NCBI GenBank assembly: GCA_038087875.1
Contig: JAXLNO010001468.1
Location: forward strand, 62,001 to 126,000
Direction of reading: 5' to 3'
Length of the DNA stretch: 64,000 bases
DNA from: Malacoraja senta
Lineage: Eukaryota
The notes beneath the pieces were generated by a model. The model saw nothing but the letters and a program-made list of their open reading frames with translations, made no database searches and was not told where the DNA came from. A program made the translations under genes and the position numbers. This document shows, one piece after another, positions 1 through 12,098 of the stretch (its first letter is position 1; every line of letters begins with the position of its first letter).

Positions 1-958
1 CACAACAGAAGGAATTAGAAGAGACTGGGAACAAGAATTAGCTATAAAAATTTCAAAAGAGAGCTGGGATAACCACTTACTACAGGTGCATAAATGTTCG
101 ATCAACGTACGACATACGCTCATCCAATTGAAAACATTACATAGACTATATTATTCAAAAACTAAATTAAACAAAATCTTTCCTAATGTTTCACCAATCT
201 GTGATAAATGTCTATGTCAAGAAGCTACCATAGCGCATTCTTTTGTTTTTTGTACAAAAATCCAAAAATTCTGGTATGAAATATTTGATATTTTCTCAAA
301 ATTAATTAAAATAAAACTGGTACCAAAACCAGAATGGTTTTGGAATATCGGAAGGTATCCCTGAATTAAACGTGTATCAGAAGAACTTATTCAATTACGG
401 GCTAATAATGGGAAAAAGGCTTATACTTAAATTCTGGAAAAATGCGCCCACACCAACAATAAAAATGTGGACATCAAATATGTTGGAAACATTACATCTG
501 GAAGAGATGAGATTCCTCTTAGCAGGGAAAGCAGACGAATTCCAAAAGATGTGGTCTACGTTTTTGGACCTATTACAAGCATGAGGTGCAATAGTAATTT
601 AAAAAATAAATAAATAAATAAATGGTATCAGGACCTGGTAATGGGAGGTAAAACAATAAAAACAGACTTGGTTGGTGGTTCCCTTTCTGCGATTGTTCCT
701 ACTCTCTTTTTCTTTCTTTTCTAGGATCTACTTTCTTACTTTACTTCCTTCTCTAACTTCTTTTCTAAGGGGCTTTCTTTTCACAACACTCTCTTGCACC
801 TCACGACTCTTGCGCACTTTCTTTACTTTTCTTACTTCTATCTTTCTCTTAAAGCTTAAAAAAATGAAGCGGTATAAAGAATGTATTAAGATATAAGTGT
901 TGTGTATTACTGTAATTTACCGTACTTCTAATAAAAATATTTTTTTAAAAAAGAAAAC
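1..958 (+). mobile_element. L1 LINE 3' end (family B): ORF2 C-terminus, T-rich 3'UTR, poly(A)
   Basis: Frameshifted ORFs 86..364 and 372..584 encode the L1 ORF2 C-terminal Cys/His region (CDKCLCQEATIAHSFVFC) and KLILKFWK...W motifs; AATAAA and an A-rich tail follow at ~930-958. Confidence 0.9.
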
Positions 959-1177
959 ATTCATGAATCTGTTAACTAAAATATTTGTTGAAAACCAAAA
1001 CGGAGCCAATCGTTGGAAACCCTGAATAAAACAGCGTGTGGCGGAAATACTCATCGTGCAGGCAGTATTGGTGGAGAGAAAACAGGTGATTCTTGTCGGT
1101 TAGAGACCTTTGCTCTCCCCGGACGCTGCACTACAACGAGGGAAATCTCCCTAGAACAATGTGACCTTTCAGTGTTA

Positions 1178-1672
1178 AGGGGCTGTCCCACTGTGGCGAC
1201 CAAATTGGCGAGTTTAGGAGAGTTTGAAAAAGTGTCATGTTGAAGACCTCCTTCGACTGTGTTGAAGACCAGCTTCGACTAGCTTCGGGAAAATTGGACA
1301 CCGAATAGTGGAGAGTGAAGACGACCTCCTTCGACCTCCCTTCGACTATGTTGAGGACTATCTACAATTACCTTTGACTACCTTTGACTACCCTTGATTA
1401 CCTATGAATAAGATGCCGTCCTACTTCGACTAAACCTACAAGTAAAAAAAAATATCGATTTTTTCCATGGCGACCTTTTTTTACTCGCGGCCATTTTTCA
1501 GTATGTTGAAAAATAAGCCGCGACCTAGCTGAGGCCTCGAGTACGCGGGGACTACTCTCGAGCATGAAGGAGAGTTACAAAGACCTCCTAGGACCTCGTG
1601 TCGACCATGCTGCGAGTATGAGTTGAGGACAAACTATTCTAACAATTAGGTCGCCGCAGTGGGACAGCCACT
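1178..1672. mobile_element. PIF/Harbinger-type MITE (495 bp)
   Basis: 24-bp TIRs AGGGGCTGTCCCACTGTGGCGACC and its reverse complement at 1649..1672 (2 mismatches); TTA on both flanks (1175-1177, 1673-1675); non-coding interior of short CGAC-rich repeats. Confidence 0.85.
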
Positions 1673-1731
1673 TTAGGAAGGAAGTGCAGATGCCAGTTTA
1701 AACCGAAGATAGACACAAAAAGCGGGAGTAA

Positions 1732-2000
1732 AGGGGCTGTCCCACTGCGGCGACCTAATTGGCGAGTTTAGAAGAGTTTAGGGCCTGTCCCACTGGCGCG
1801 ACCTTTCAGCGTCTGTCTTTGACCTTCAAGCTCGAGGGCACTCGCCTGAAAAACCTCGAGCTGGATCGACCGTCAGCGATGAAACCGCGAGCTGGATTGA
1901 CCGACCGCGCACACACACACACACACAAACACATCGCAAAGGCTCGCAAAGCGGGGGAGCGCTGTCTGAAATTCACACCCACGATGAACAGAAAGCGCAG
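1732..2000. mobile_element. Truncated, nested Harbinger-type MITE left ends
   Basis: TAA followed by AGGGGCTGTCCCACTGCGGCGACC at 1732; a second related TIR start GGGCCTGTCCCACT at ~1781; no right TIR seen; contains (CA)n at ~1909-1928. Right boundary approximate. Confidence 0.6.
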
Positions 2001-3039
2001 AATCACATTATTTTTGTTAAATGCATTTTACGCACGAACGAGAGCCACTCGGCCCATTGGATTCGTGCCAGCACAAACTAAGGGCCATCCATTTGGATCT
2101 CACTTGCACCTCTTCCATTAATGTTTCCAGCTTTCTTGGAATGCAAACACGGAATGTGTTTAGTTTCTCTCATGTCACTATTAATTATTTTGCCAATCGC
2201 CTTAATTCTTTTTCACCTTTTTGACGCCAAGGCCAATGGGTCCATTTATTTTCGACTTTCAACCATCATCAGAATGCTTGACCTATGCCCACATCAGTTT
2301 CCTCCCGTGTTATGTTTCAAAGAGACTATAGAAGGACACATATGGAATGCAGCACAGGGTGGGGGGGGGGGGGGTCATTGAGCCCACTGTGTCTTTTCCA
2401 ACTCTCTACCAGAGCACCTCATAAGTCAGATCATACCTCAAGTCTCTCTGCTCATGCGCCTCTTTTGGGACAGTATGCTTTATTCCACATTGTCCTGCCC
2501 ACCAAATTGCATCACTGTACATTTCTCTGCATGAGGATCAAAGGAAATATTTTGGAGTGGGTCATTTGTCCCCTGAGCTTGCTCTGCTAATCATCAAGAT
2601 CATAGCTAATCTTCTAACTCCATCTCATTTTCTCTGACTATTCCTGAGAAGGAAAACATCCTCCCTGCTTCCTCTTATTCTTTTTTTTTTTTGAAAATAT
2701 TTTTTATTGGAGATAAGTATATAACCTATTAACATCATTACAGTCTTACATTTTTAAATTGATAATATTATCAATTATTATTACATTGTCTCCAATACCT
2801 TTTGCCTTTTTTTTTAAATTTTAAACTAGATAGAACTAAAAAGATAAATGAAGTAAAGAAAGAAAAGAAAGAGAGGAAAAAGAGAGAAAAAAAAAACACA
2901 ACAAAAAACAAAAAAAAAACAAAAGAGAAAGATAGTTAAAGAAGAATGGAAAAATTTATTAAAATAAAAAACTTCATTCGAGATATATTCGTACATTTCA
3001 GAATATAGCATTTCATCTATTTTTTAGCCCGAGCATTAG

Positions 3040-6000
3040 TCAGGTTCCCGTGCTGAACCATTCTGACCCTTTAAATAATCAATAAAGGGAGACCATGTTC
3101 CAACGAATACTTCCTGTTTGTCCAACAGGGAAAATCTGATTCTTTCCACGTTTAAGGTCTCCGTCATTTCTATAATCCACATTTTGATTGTGGGGGCCGT
3201 AGGGCCTTTCCAAAATTTTAGAATTAATATTTTTCCTGTTATTATACTATAATCAATAAAGTTTCTTTGTGTTGTTGTAAATGTTTGATTTAATTCTGAT
3301 GTTCCAAGTATTATAAATTTTGGATCCGGTCCACTTGTGTGCTGGTCACTTTAGATATTATACTAAAAATATTTACCCAGAATTTTTTAATTTTTGTACA
3401 GTTTGCAAACATATGAGATAAGGTGGCTTCTAAATGTTGACATTTATCACATATAGGTGAGATATGTTGAAAGATTTTATGTAATTTTGTTTTTGAATAA
3501 TGTAATCTATGTATTACTTTAAATTGTATTAAAGAATGTCTGGCATTTAATGAACATTGATGTATATGTTGTAAACTTTCTTCCCAAGTATCTTTCGTTA
3601 TTATTTGATTTAATTATTTTTCCCATGTTTGTCTGTGTAGGTCCGTCGATGGAATGTCACTGTCTAATAAGATATTATATATATAAGATATTAATTTTTC
3701 TGTATTAGGATGTTTATTCCAACATTCGTCAAGAATTTCTGTATTTCTAATTCGAAAGTTTTGAGTATTCGATTTTACATAATCTCTGAGTTGAAGATAT
3801 CTGAAATAATCATTTCCTCAAAGTCCATAAGTCTGTTGCAACTCCTGAAATGTCAGAAAAGTGCCTTCCTTATAAAGTTGTCCCATATTTTTAATTCCAT
3901 AATTCTTCCATTGTGTAAAACCCCTGTCCAACCATGAGGGTTTAAACAAAGGGTTATTCACAATTGGGAGAAAAAGTGATAAATTATCTAATTTTAATGT
4001 CTTTTTTAATTGTTTCCAAATTCGTATGGCACTAAATATTATAGGGTTTTCCCTATAAATTTTTTTGTTTAATTTAGATGTAGCAAATAATATCGAACCG
4101 ATATCAAAAGGCAAACAATCTTCCTTTTCCATTTTTAACCAATCTGGTTGTTGTTCTATTTCTTCCAACCAGAAATTCATATTTTTAATATTAACTGCCC
4201 AAAAATAAAACAGAAAGTTGGGTAAAACCAAACCTCCATTTATTTTTGATTTACACAAATGTCTTTTGTTTATCCTATGATTTTTATAATCCCAGATAAA
4301 ATCATTAACAATAGTCCAATTTTTTAAAAAAGTTTTTTGACAAATATATCGTAATTGTCTGAAAAAGGTATAATATTTGCGGTAAAAAAAACATTTTTAT
4401 GGCATTAATTTTGCCAATCATTGAGATAGGAAGTGTTTTCCAGTATTGAATATTCTTATGTAGTTTATTCAGTAGTGGGGGGAAATTTGCTTTAAATAAT
4501 GATGTATATATCTTAGTTACATAGATACCTAGGTATTTAAATTTTTCATTTACTATTTTAAATGGAAATTGTTGTATTATGTGTTTGTTATGTTCCCTTA
4601 TTGGCATAATTTCACTTTTATTCCAATTTATTCTGTATCCTGAGAGTGAACCAAATTGGGTTATTAGCTCTAATAAGTTTGGAATACTAATTTCTGGTTT
4701 TGTAATGTAAATTAGTACATCATCTGCGTATAGAGAAATTTTATTCACTGTGTCCTTTGTGATATACCCATATATTTCCGGATGACCCCTAACTCTTTCT
4801 GCAAGTGGCTCAATAGCTAAAGCAAATAATAATGGAGATAACGGGCATCCTTGTCTACAACCTCTAGATAGGCTGAATTTTGATGACAACCTTTGATTTG
4901 TTAATATTCTAGCCGTAGGATTTGTATATAACAGTTTTATCCATGTACAGAATTTCTCCCCTAGTTGCATATTTTCCATCACTGAAAATAAATAAGACCA
5001 TTCAACCTGATCAAATGCTTTTTCAGCATCGAGTGAGATTATTGCTAGATCTTCATTAATAATTCTCTTAGAATAAATAATATTAAATAATCTTCTTAGA
5101 TTATAATATGAGTACCGTTTCTGAATATCGCCTGTTTGGTCAGGGTGTATTATTTTATTCATCACTGTACTTAATCTATGCGCTAGTATTTTAGTTAATA
5201 TTTTCTGATCTGTGTTTAAAAGTGCAATTGCTCTATATGATCCCGGATCTTCCGGATCTTTATCAGCTTTAGGAATAAGTGTTATTATAGATTCATTTAA
5301 AGTATCTGGGAGTTTCTGTTGAGTATAGATATGCTCATACAGCCTTTGTAAACGTGGGCATAGCAAGTCATAAATTTTTTTGTAAAATTCAGAGCCTAAA
5401 CCATCTGGTCCTACTGCTTTACCATTTTTTAAAGAGCCAATAGACTCCTCAATATCCTTTATCGTAATCTCCCTTTCTAATAATTCTCTATCATTTGAAT
5501 CTAAACCTTTTAGATTACATTTTAGTAAAAAATCTGCTATTCCTTCCGTTTGTGTTACAGTTTTAGTTGAATAAAGGTTATGATAGTATTGGAGAAATCT
5601 TTCATTTATGTCCTTGGGCATTTTTAATAATTCTCCTGTCTCTGTTCTAATTTTATGAATTATTTTTTCCCCTTCCATTTTTCGTAACTGACGTGCTAAT
5701 AGTTTTTGTGGTTTGTCTCCAAATTCAAAATGTAATTGTTTGGTTTTTTGATAAAGTTTTATTACTTGTTCTGAATACATTTTATTTAATTTATATTTCA
5801 ATACAGCAATTTTATTATGTTTTGAAATAGATGGCATTCTCGCATTGTCTAAATCTAGTTGTTTGATTTCCCTTTCCAATGTTTGTTGTTTAATCCTGTT
5901 CTCTTTATTATAAAATACTTGAGCAGAGATTAATGAACCTCGAACAAACGCTTTAAACGTTTCCCACATAAGAGAAGTAGGTGTGTCAGGGTTATCATTT

Positions 6001-6848
6001 ACCTCAAAAAATATTTGAATCTGTTTAATAATATATTCCTGGCATGATCTTTCGTTCAAGATTTGTGGGTTAAATCTCCAATATGTTTGTTTCTCGGACA
6101 TTCCATTTAATTTAATCATAAATGTTACAGGTGCATGGTCTGAGATTATAATATTATGGTATTTTGAGTTATAAGTAAATGGGATAAACGTGGAGTCAAC
6201 TAAAAAATAATCTATTCTTGAGTATGTTTTGTGTACTGGAGAGTAAAATGAATATTCCCGTCCAGTTGGATTTTCTATTCTCCAGACATCCTTAATATTA
6301 GTGGTATTAATAAATGAATTTAGAAATACACTTGATTGAGATTTTACTTTTTTTTGCCTTGATGATTTATCTAAGTATGAATCTAATGTACAGTTGAAGT
6401 CTCCTCCAATTATTAATTTATATTGTGTAAATTCAGGAATTTTATCAAATGTTTTATTAAAGAACATAGGGTTATCAAAATTAGGCCCATGTACATTCAG
6501 AAGAATCACTTTTTCTCCATTTAGCTCTCCAACTAAAATAATATATCTACCATCAATATCCGCTATTGTTGATAAATTAGTAAAAGGTATTCCTTTACGA
6601 ATTAATATTGAAACTCCTCTGGACTTATGGGAAAAGGAGGAATGATATGATTCAGCGATCCACTTAGCTTTAAGTCTGTGTTGGGATTCCTTTTTAAGGT
6701 GTGTTTCTTGAAGGAATATAATATCTGCTTTGATTAAATTTAGATGTGCCAAGACTTTACCTCTCTTAATTGGTTCATTGATTCCCTTGACATTCCAACT
6801 ACAAAATGTTATTCCCTGACCCCCTCTTGTCATATTAACATCTTGCAT
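3040..6848 (-). pseudogene. L1 ORF2 (APE endonuclease + reverse transcriptase + C-terminal domain), frameshifted
   Basis: SWNVKGIN, LQETH, GGDFN, IISDH (endonuclease); LDAEKAFD, RQGCPLSP, LYADD (RT). The frame breaks at ~4305 and continues in 3818..4258 and further pieces. The likely start is the MQDV methionine at 6848; the lower boundary is approximate. Confidence 0.93.
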
Positions 6849-7766
6849 ATTATTTCTAAGGTGGTCTATAACCGAGCAGAAGGTGCAACACATAAAACCT
6901 GACCTTGCTCCTGAACCTCAAATAGATGAATTTAAAATCATATACATCGTTCTTCCGAACATATCTCCTTGTATTATTCTTGTTTTTCCATTCAAAAATT
7001 AAGTTATAAAAATATTTAAAGTGAAAAAAGTGATAGAATTGGTTAGTTAGTATAGAGTGAAAGAAAAAAAACTACATCTACAATTAGTGTAGTTAGTGAT
7101 AGCCACACTAACGTGGCTAGAATTCTAAAGACTTCCGTAGCCTTTGTAAAGAAAAAAAATTCCCAGCTCCGTGCCGAAAAATAAAAAAAAATAATTTCTA
7201 ATAATCAAATAATTTCTTTGGGAGTAACAAACATATATACATACCCACATATACGCACACATATGCATACATATATACACATACATATATATATACATAT
7301 ATATATATACCCACATGTATACATACACAAGCACGCATCCCTGCAGAAAAGTCCAAGAACAGCATAAATTCATAATGTTGTTATACTCTACATATCATAT
7401 TAATATCCTCGCTAAATCTATAAATTTAATTTTAAATTGAGAAATAATTAGTTATTAATCATTGTTATCAATCATACCCAGTATTAAATTTTTATGAGTA
7501 ATATAAATGTTAATAATTTTAGTAGTAATATAGATATTTAATAAGTATTAGTTATTACATATATAGTTAGATATGAATATACAGATAATAATAGTGATTA
7601 ATAAAAATATAAAAGAAATTAATTTTTTTAAAAACCACGGTTTTCTCCAATGTCCACCGTCCATTCGGTTTTCAAATGTCCTTAAAGCTCTTAAAAGAAC
7701 TTTAAAGATCCTTTTAGATCTGGCGGTCCCGTTAATCCTTGACTCCTGAAGGGTAATGTAAATTCT

Positions 7767-8747
7767 TCAGTCTGCGGTCACGTTCCCAATTTCTTTGGCG
7801 AATTCCAGTGCTTTTTCATGGTCTGTAAAAAATTGCTCCTTGTTCTTGTAGGTGACTCTTAGTCTTGCGGGGTAGAGCAGGCCGTATCTCAAATCAGGTA
7901 CATTCTTCAGTATTCTTTTTGTCTCAGTGAACAGCGCCCTTTTCTTGAAGACCTCTGCCGGATAATCTCGGTAGATACTGAACCTCACACCTTCAAAATG
8001 GAGCTGTCCGCCTCGGACAATTTTCTTCATTATTTCGTCAAATTCATGATCCAGTTGCACCTTTACGATAATTTGTCTTGGATGGGCACCATCTTGTGTA
8101 CGACGCCGCTGCGCGCTATGAGCTCGCCCGAGTAAAGGTTTTTGATCCAATTTTAAGACTTTTTGTAGTAGGTCTGCCACAAAATCCCGAGGGCCCATTT
8201 CCCTCTCACTTCCTTCTTTCACCCCTACAATTCTTAGATTCTTACGTCTTTGACGCCCCTCCAAATCGGTACATTTATCACTTAATTTGATCACCATATC
8301 GGTGAGGCGTTGGTTTTCAATAATGAGCCGACCTACAGTTTCCCCACTTGTCGCCGCCCATTTCTCAAGTTCGGTTATCGCTGTTCTATGTTGTTCGAGT
8401 TCTTGATGAATGGGGTCCACCTCCATTTTAACGCTCGCTTCCACCGAAACGAGCCTTGCTTCCAGCACTTCCATCTGTTCCTCGACCTCCTCCTCCCTCG
8501 ACCTCTTCCAGACTTCCAGTATTTCTTGAACGTTAGAAAGCATTTCTGCTTTAAAATCTACCTTAAAAGAGTTAAGTTCCTCTTTAAAATCCTCTTTAAA
8601 ATTCACTCCAAAGGTTTTCAATTCTGCAGCGAGAAAAGCTTTAAGATCATCCATTTCAGTCTTTTTCTGCTTTGTTTTCTTCGGAGGGTCTTCCTGGGCA
8701 GTCATTGTAACTGAGGCCGAGGCCTCAGTTGGGCCTTCCTCTTCCAT
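7767..8747 (-). CDS. L1 ORF1p (coiled coil, RRM, CTD)
   Basis: Open 326-aa frame with LEGRQRRKNLRIVGVKEG, RAHSAQR and IYRDYPAEVFKKR, typical of L1 ORF1p. Confidence 0.92.
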   Translation of the reverse strand: MEEEGPTEASASVTMTAQEDPPKKTKQKKTEMDDLKAFLAAELKTFGVNFKEDFKEELNSFKVDFKAEMLSNVQEILEVWKRSREEEVEEQMEVLEARLVSVEASVKMEVDPIHQELEQHRTAITELEKWAATSGETVGRLIIENQRLTDMVIKLSDKCTDLEGRQRRKNLRIVGVKEGSEREMGPRDFVADLLQKVLKLDQKPLLGRAHSAQRRRTQDGAHPRQIIVKVQLDHEFDEIMKKIVRGGQLHFEGVRFSIYRDYPAEVFKKRALFTETKRILKNVPDLRYGLLYPARLRVTYKNKEQFFTDHEKALEFAKEIGNVTAD

Positions 8748-9246
8748 CGGTGGGGGTTTCCCTTTAGGCGGTTTTTTTTGTGTCCCACGGGAGGGGGGGG
8801 GAACGTTGTAACGACATACCGTCCAAGTCGCGCTCCTGATGACGTCACGCGGCAGGCAGCCGTTCAGATCGCGATCGCTGCAGGTAAGACCCGATTTTCT
8901 CCCGTTTTAGTTTTCTTCGGCACGGAGCTAGTTGGCGCTGGACTCAAGCCTCCATAGCGCCACCGGCTTCCTCTTATTCTAATCTCGACAGAAATACAGG
9001 CCCAGTCTATTCAATATTTCCTCCCAAAGAAAACTTACTATTCCTGGAACCAGTCTGCTGATTTTTTTTGCCCTTTATGCAAGAACATGTCTTTTGGTTA
9101 CAGAGAACAAAACTAAACATAATGCTCCACGTGTAGTTTTCCTAAGGATCTTTGTAATTGCAGAAAGACATCCTTACTCCTGTACTCAAATACTCTCATC
9201 ATAAGGTTACATACTTTTACTTCCTAAATTCTGCTCTAACTCCATT

Positions 9247-9325
9247 TACAAGTTTGTAGAAGATACCACCATAGTGGATCGAATCTCGAGCAATGATCAG
9301 ATGGAGTACAGGAAGTAGAGAGATT
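9247..9325 (+). mobile_element. Rex1/Babar-like LINE RT remnant
   Basis: Translates to KFVEDTTIVDRISSNDQMEYRK, resembling the Rex1 motif KFADDTTIVG.IS.NDE..YR. Confidence 0.55.
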
Positions 9326-9329
9326 AGTA

Positions 9330-9470
9330 ATAGGGTAGACACAAAATGCTGGAGTAACTCAGCGGGACAGGCAGCATCTCTGGAGAGAATGAATGGGCGA
9401 CGTTTCAGGTCGTGACCCTTCTTCAGACTGAAAGTCACGGGAAAGGGAAACGAGAGATATAGGAATCATA
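9330..9470 (-). mobile_element. Penelope 3'/pseudo-LTR fragment containing a hammerhead-like core
   Basis: Reverse complement matches the 3' end of the Penelope copy at 55.25-55.35 kb; CTGAAGA-A-GGGTCACGACCT-GAAAC-GTC on the minus strand at 9399..9426. Confidence 0.75.
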
Positions 9471-9661
9471 GAAGCTTATCTATGCAACGCAAACTACCAT
9501 AGAAAAGCAAAAGGCATTACCACAATAGTGAGATGATATGCATAGACATTGATTTGGTTCCAATCTGTACCTCTGTACCGTGACCATAGTAACAAAGCCC
9601 TGGACATTGGAACAATCACCAACAACATGTAGAGGCAATATTAAGCACAGTTTGTAAGTGC

Positions 9662-9748
9662 TTGGGTGGCACAGTGGCCCAGATAGCAGAGTTGGTGCCT
9701 CACAGCGCCAGAGACCCAGTTTTGCTCCTGACCTAGGGTGCTGTCCGT
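9662..9748 (+). mobile_element. tRNA-derived V-SINE (HE1-like) 5' fragment
   Basis: GGGTGGCACAGTGG...GCCTCACAGCGCCAGAGACCC head, matching the full copy at 20.55 kb. Confidence 0.7.
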
Positions 9749-9833
9749 TTAGTTGAGTTTATTGTCACGTGTGCCGAGGTACAGTGAAAAGCTTTTGTTG
9801 TGTGCTAACCAGTCAGCAGAAAGACAATACATG

Positions 9834-12098
9834 GATAAAACTGTTATATACCAACCCTACGGCTAGAATATTAACAAACCAAAGGTTATCATCTAAATTT
9901 AACCTATCTAGAGGTTGCAGACAAGGATTCCCGTTGTCTCCATTATTATTTGCGCTTGTTATAGAGCCACTCGCAGAAAGAGTTAGGACCCATCCGGTAA
10001 TATATATGGGTATAACACAAAGGATACAGTGAATAAAATTTCTCTATACGCAGATGATGTATTAATTTACATTACAAAACCAGAAATTAGTATTCCAAAT
10101 TTATTAAAGCTAATAACCCAATTTGGTTCACTCTCAGGATACAGAATAAATTGGAATAAAAGTGAAATTATGCCAATAAGGGAACATAATAAACATATAA
10201 TACAACAATTTCCATTTTAAATGGTAAATGAAAAATTCAAATACCTAGGCATTTATGTCACTAAGACATATACATCATTATTTAAAGCAAATTTTCCCCC
10301 ATTACTGAATAAACTACATAAGAATATTCAGTATTGGAAAACACTTCCTATCTCAATGGTTGGCAAAATTAATGCCATAAAAATGATTTTCTTACCGCAA
10401 ATATTATACCTTTTTCAAACAATTCCGATATACTTGTCAAAAAACTTTTTTAAAAAGTTAGATTCCATTGCCAGTGACTTTATCTGGGATTATAAGAATC
10501 ATAGGATAAGCAAAAAACATCTGTGCAAATCAAAAATAAATGGAGGCTTGGTTTTACCAAACTTTTTGTTTTATTTTTGGGTAGTTAACATTAAAAATAT
10601 GAATTTTTGGTTGGAAGAAATAGATCAACAACCAGATTGGTTAAAAATGGAAAAGGAAGATTGCTCACCTTTTGAAATCGGCTCGATACTATTTGCTACT
10701 TCTAAATTAAATTAAAAAAATTATAGAGAAAATCCTATAATATATAGTGCTATGCGAATTTGGAAACAATTAAAAAAGACATTAAAACTAGATAATTTAT
10801 CACTTTTTCTTCCAATTGCGAATAACCCTTTGTTTAAGCCCTCATGGTTGGACAAAGGTTTCACACAATGGAAAAACTATGGAATTAAAAAGATGGGACA
10901 ACTTTATAAGGAAGGCACTTTTCTTTCATTTCAGGAGTTGCAACAGACTTATGGACTTCAAGTAAATGATTTTTTCAGATATCTTCAACTTAGAGATTAC
11001 GTAAAAGCAAATACTCGAAATTTTAGAATTAGAAATTCAGACATTTTTGACGACTGTTGGAATAAACATCCTAATACAGAAAAATTAATATCTTATATAT
11101 ATAATATTTTATTAGACAGCGATATTCCATTGACGGACTTACACAGACAAACATGGGAAAAAGAACTAAATCAAATAATAACGAAAGATACTTGGGAAGA
11201 AAGTTTACAACACATACATCAATGTTCATTAAATGCCAGACACTCTCTAATACAATTCAAAGTAAAACATAGGTTACATTATTCTAAAACAAAATTAAAT
11301 AAAATCTTCCCACATATCTCACCTATATGTGATAAATGTCATCATTTAGAAGCTAACTTATCTCATATGTTTGCAAATTGCTTAAAAATAAAACATTTCT
11401 GGGTAAATATTTTCAGAATAATATCTAAAGTGACTAGCATTCAATTGGACCCGGATCCAAAATTAATAATACTAGGAACATTAGAACTAAATCAAACATT
11501 TACAACAACTCAAAGAAACTTTATTGATTATAGTATAATAACTGGGAAAAAATGAATTCTAAAATTTTGGAAAGGCCCTATAACCCCCACAACCAAAATG
11601 TGGATTATAGAAATGACGGAGACCTTACACTTGGAAAGAATTAGACTTGTCCTGTTGGACAAACAGGAACTATTCGTTGGAACATGGTCTCCCTTTATTG
11701 ACTATTTAAAGGATCAGAATGGTTCAGCACGAGAACCTGACTAGCACCCGAGCGAAGGAATAGATGAAATGTTATACTCTGAAATGTATGAATATATCTC
11801 GAATGAAGTTTTTTATCGTAGTAAGTTATTCCATTCTTCTTTATTATCTCTTTCCTTTTTTTTTTTGTTGTTGTTTTTTTTTGTTTTTGTTTTTTGTTTC
11901 TTCTCTTTTCTCTCTTTCTTTCCTTATTTCATCTATCTTTTTAGTTCTATTTAGTTGGGTTTTTTTAATTTAAAAAAAAGTATTGGAGACAATGAAATAA
12001 TATTTGACAATATTATTAATTTAAAAATGTAAGACTGGTATCGATTTAAATATTATATGTATTTACCTCCAATAAAAAATAATTTCAAAAAAATGAAA
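9834..12098 (+). mobile_element. 5'-truncated L1 (family A, copy 3)
   Basis: RT C-terminal half to poly(A), near-identical to copies 1 and 2; 16-bp TSD AGAAAGACAATACATG at 9818..9833 and 12099..12114; inserted into the minus-strand 3' end of another LINE. Confidence 0.93.

Larger units (their letters stand above)
2682..8965 (-). mobile_element. Near full-length L1 LINE (family A, copy 1)
   Basis: Poly(T) at 2681-2692, ORF2, ~0.9-kb inter-ORF spacer, ORF1, CpG-rich 5'UTR; 15-bp TSD GCTTCCTCTTATTCT at 2667..2681 and 8966..8980; target reads TT|AGAA on the element strand. Confidence 0.95.

Noticed and set aside
2359-2374. Poly-G tract (potential G-quadruplex)
   Set aside because: Isolated homopolymer with no supporting context.
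6394-6645. Antisense ORFs over L1, CR1 and Penelope coding regions (e.g. 6394..6645, 24426..24767, 49534..50190, 54532..55074)
   Set aside because: Shadow frames of retroelement ORFs; they recur only because the elements recur.
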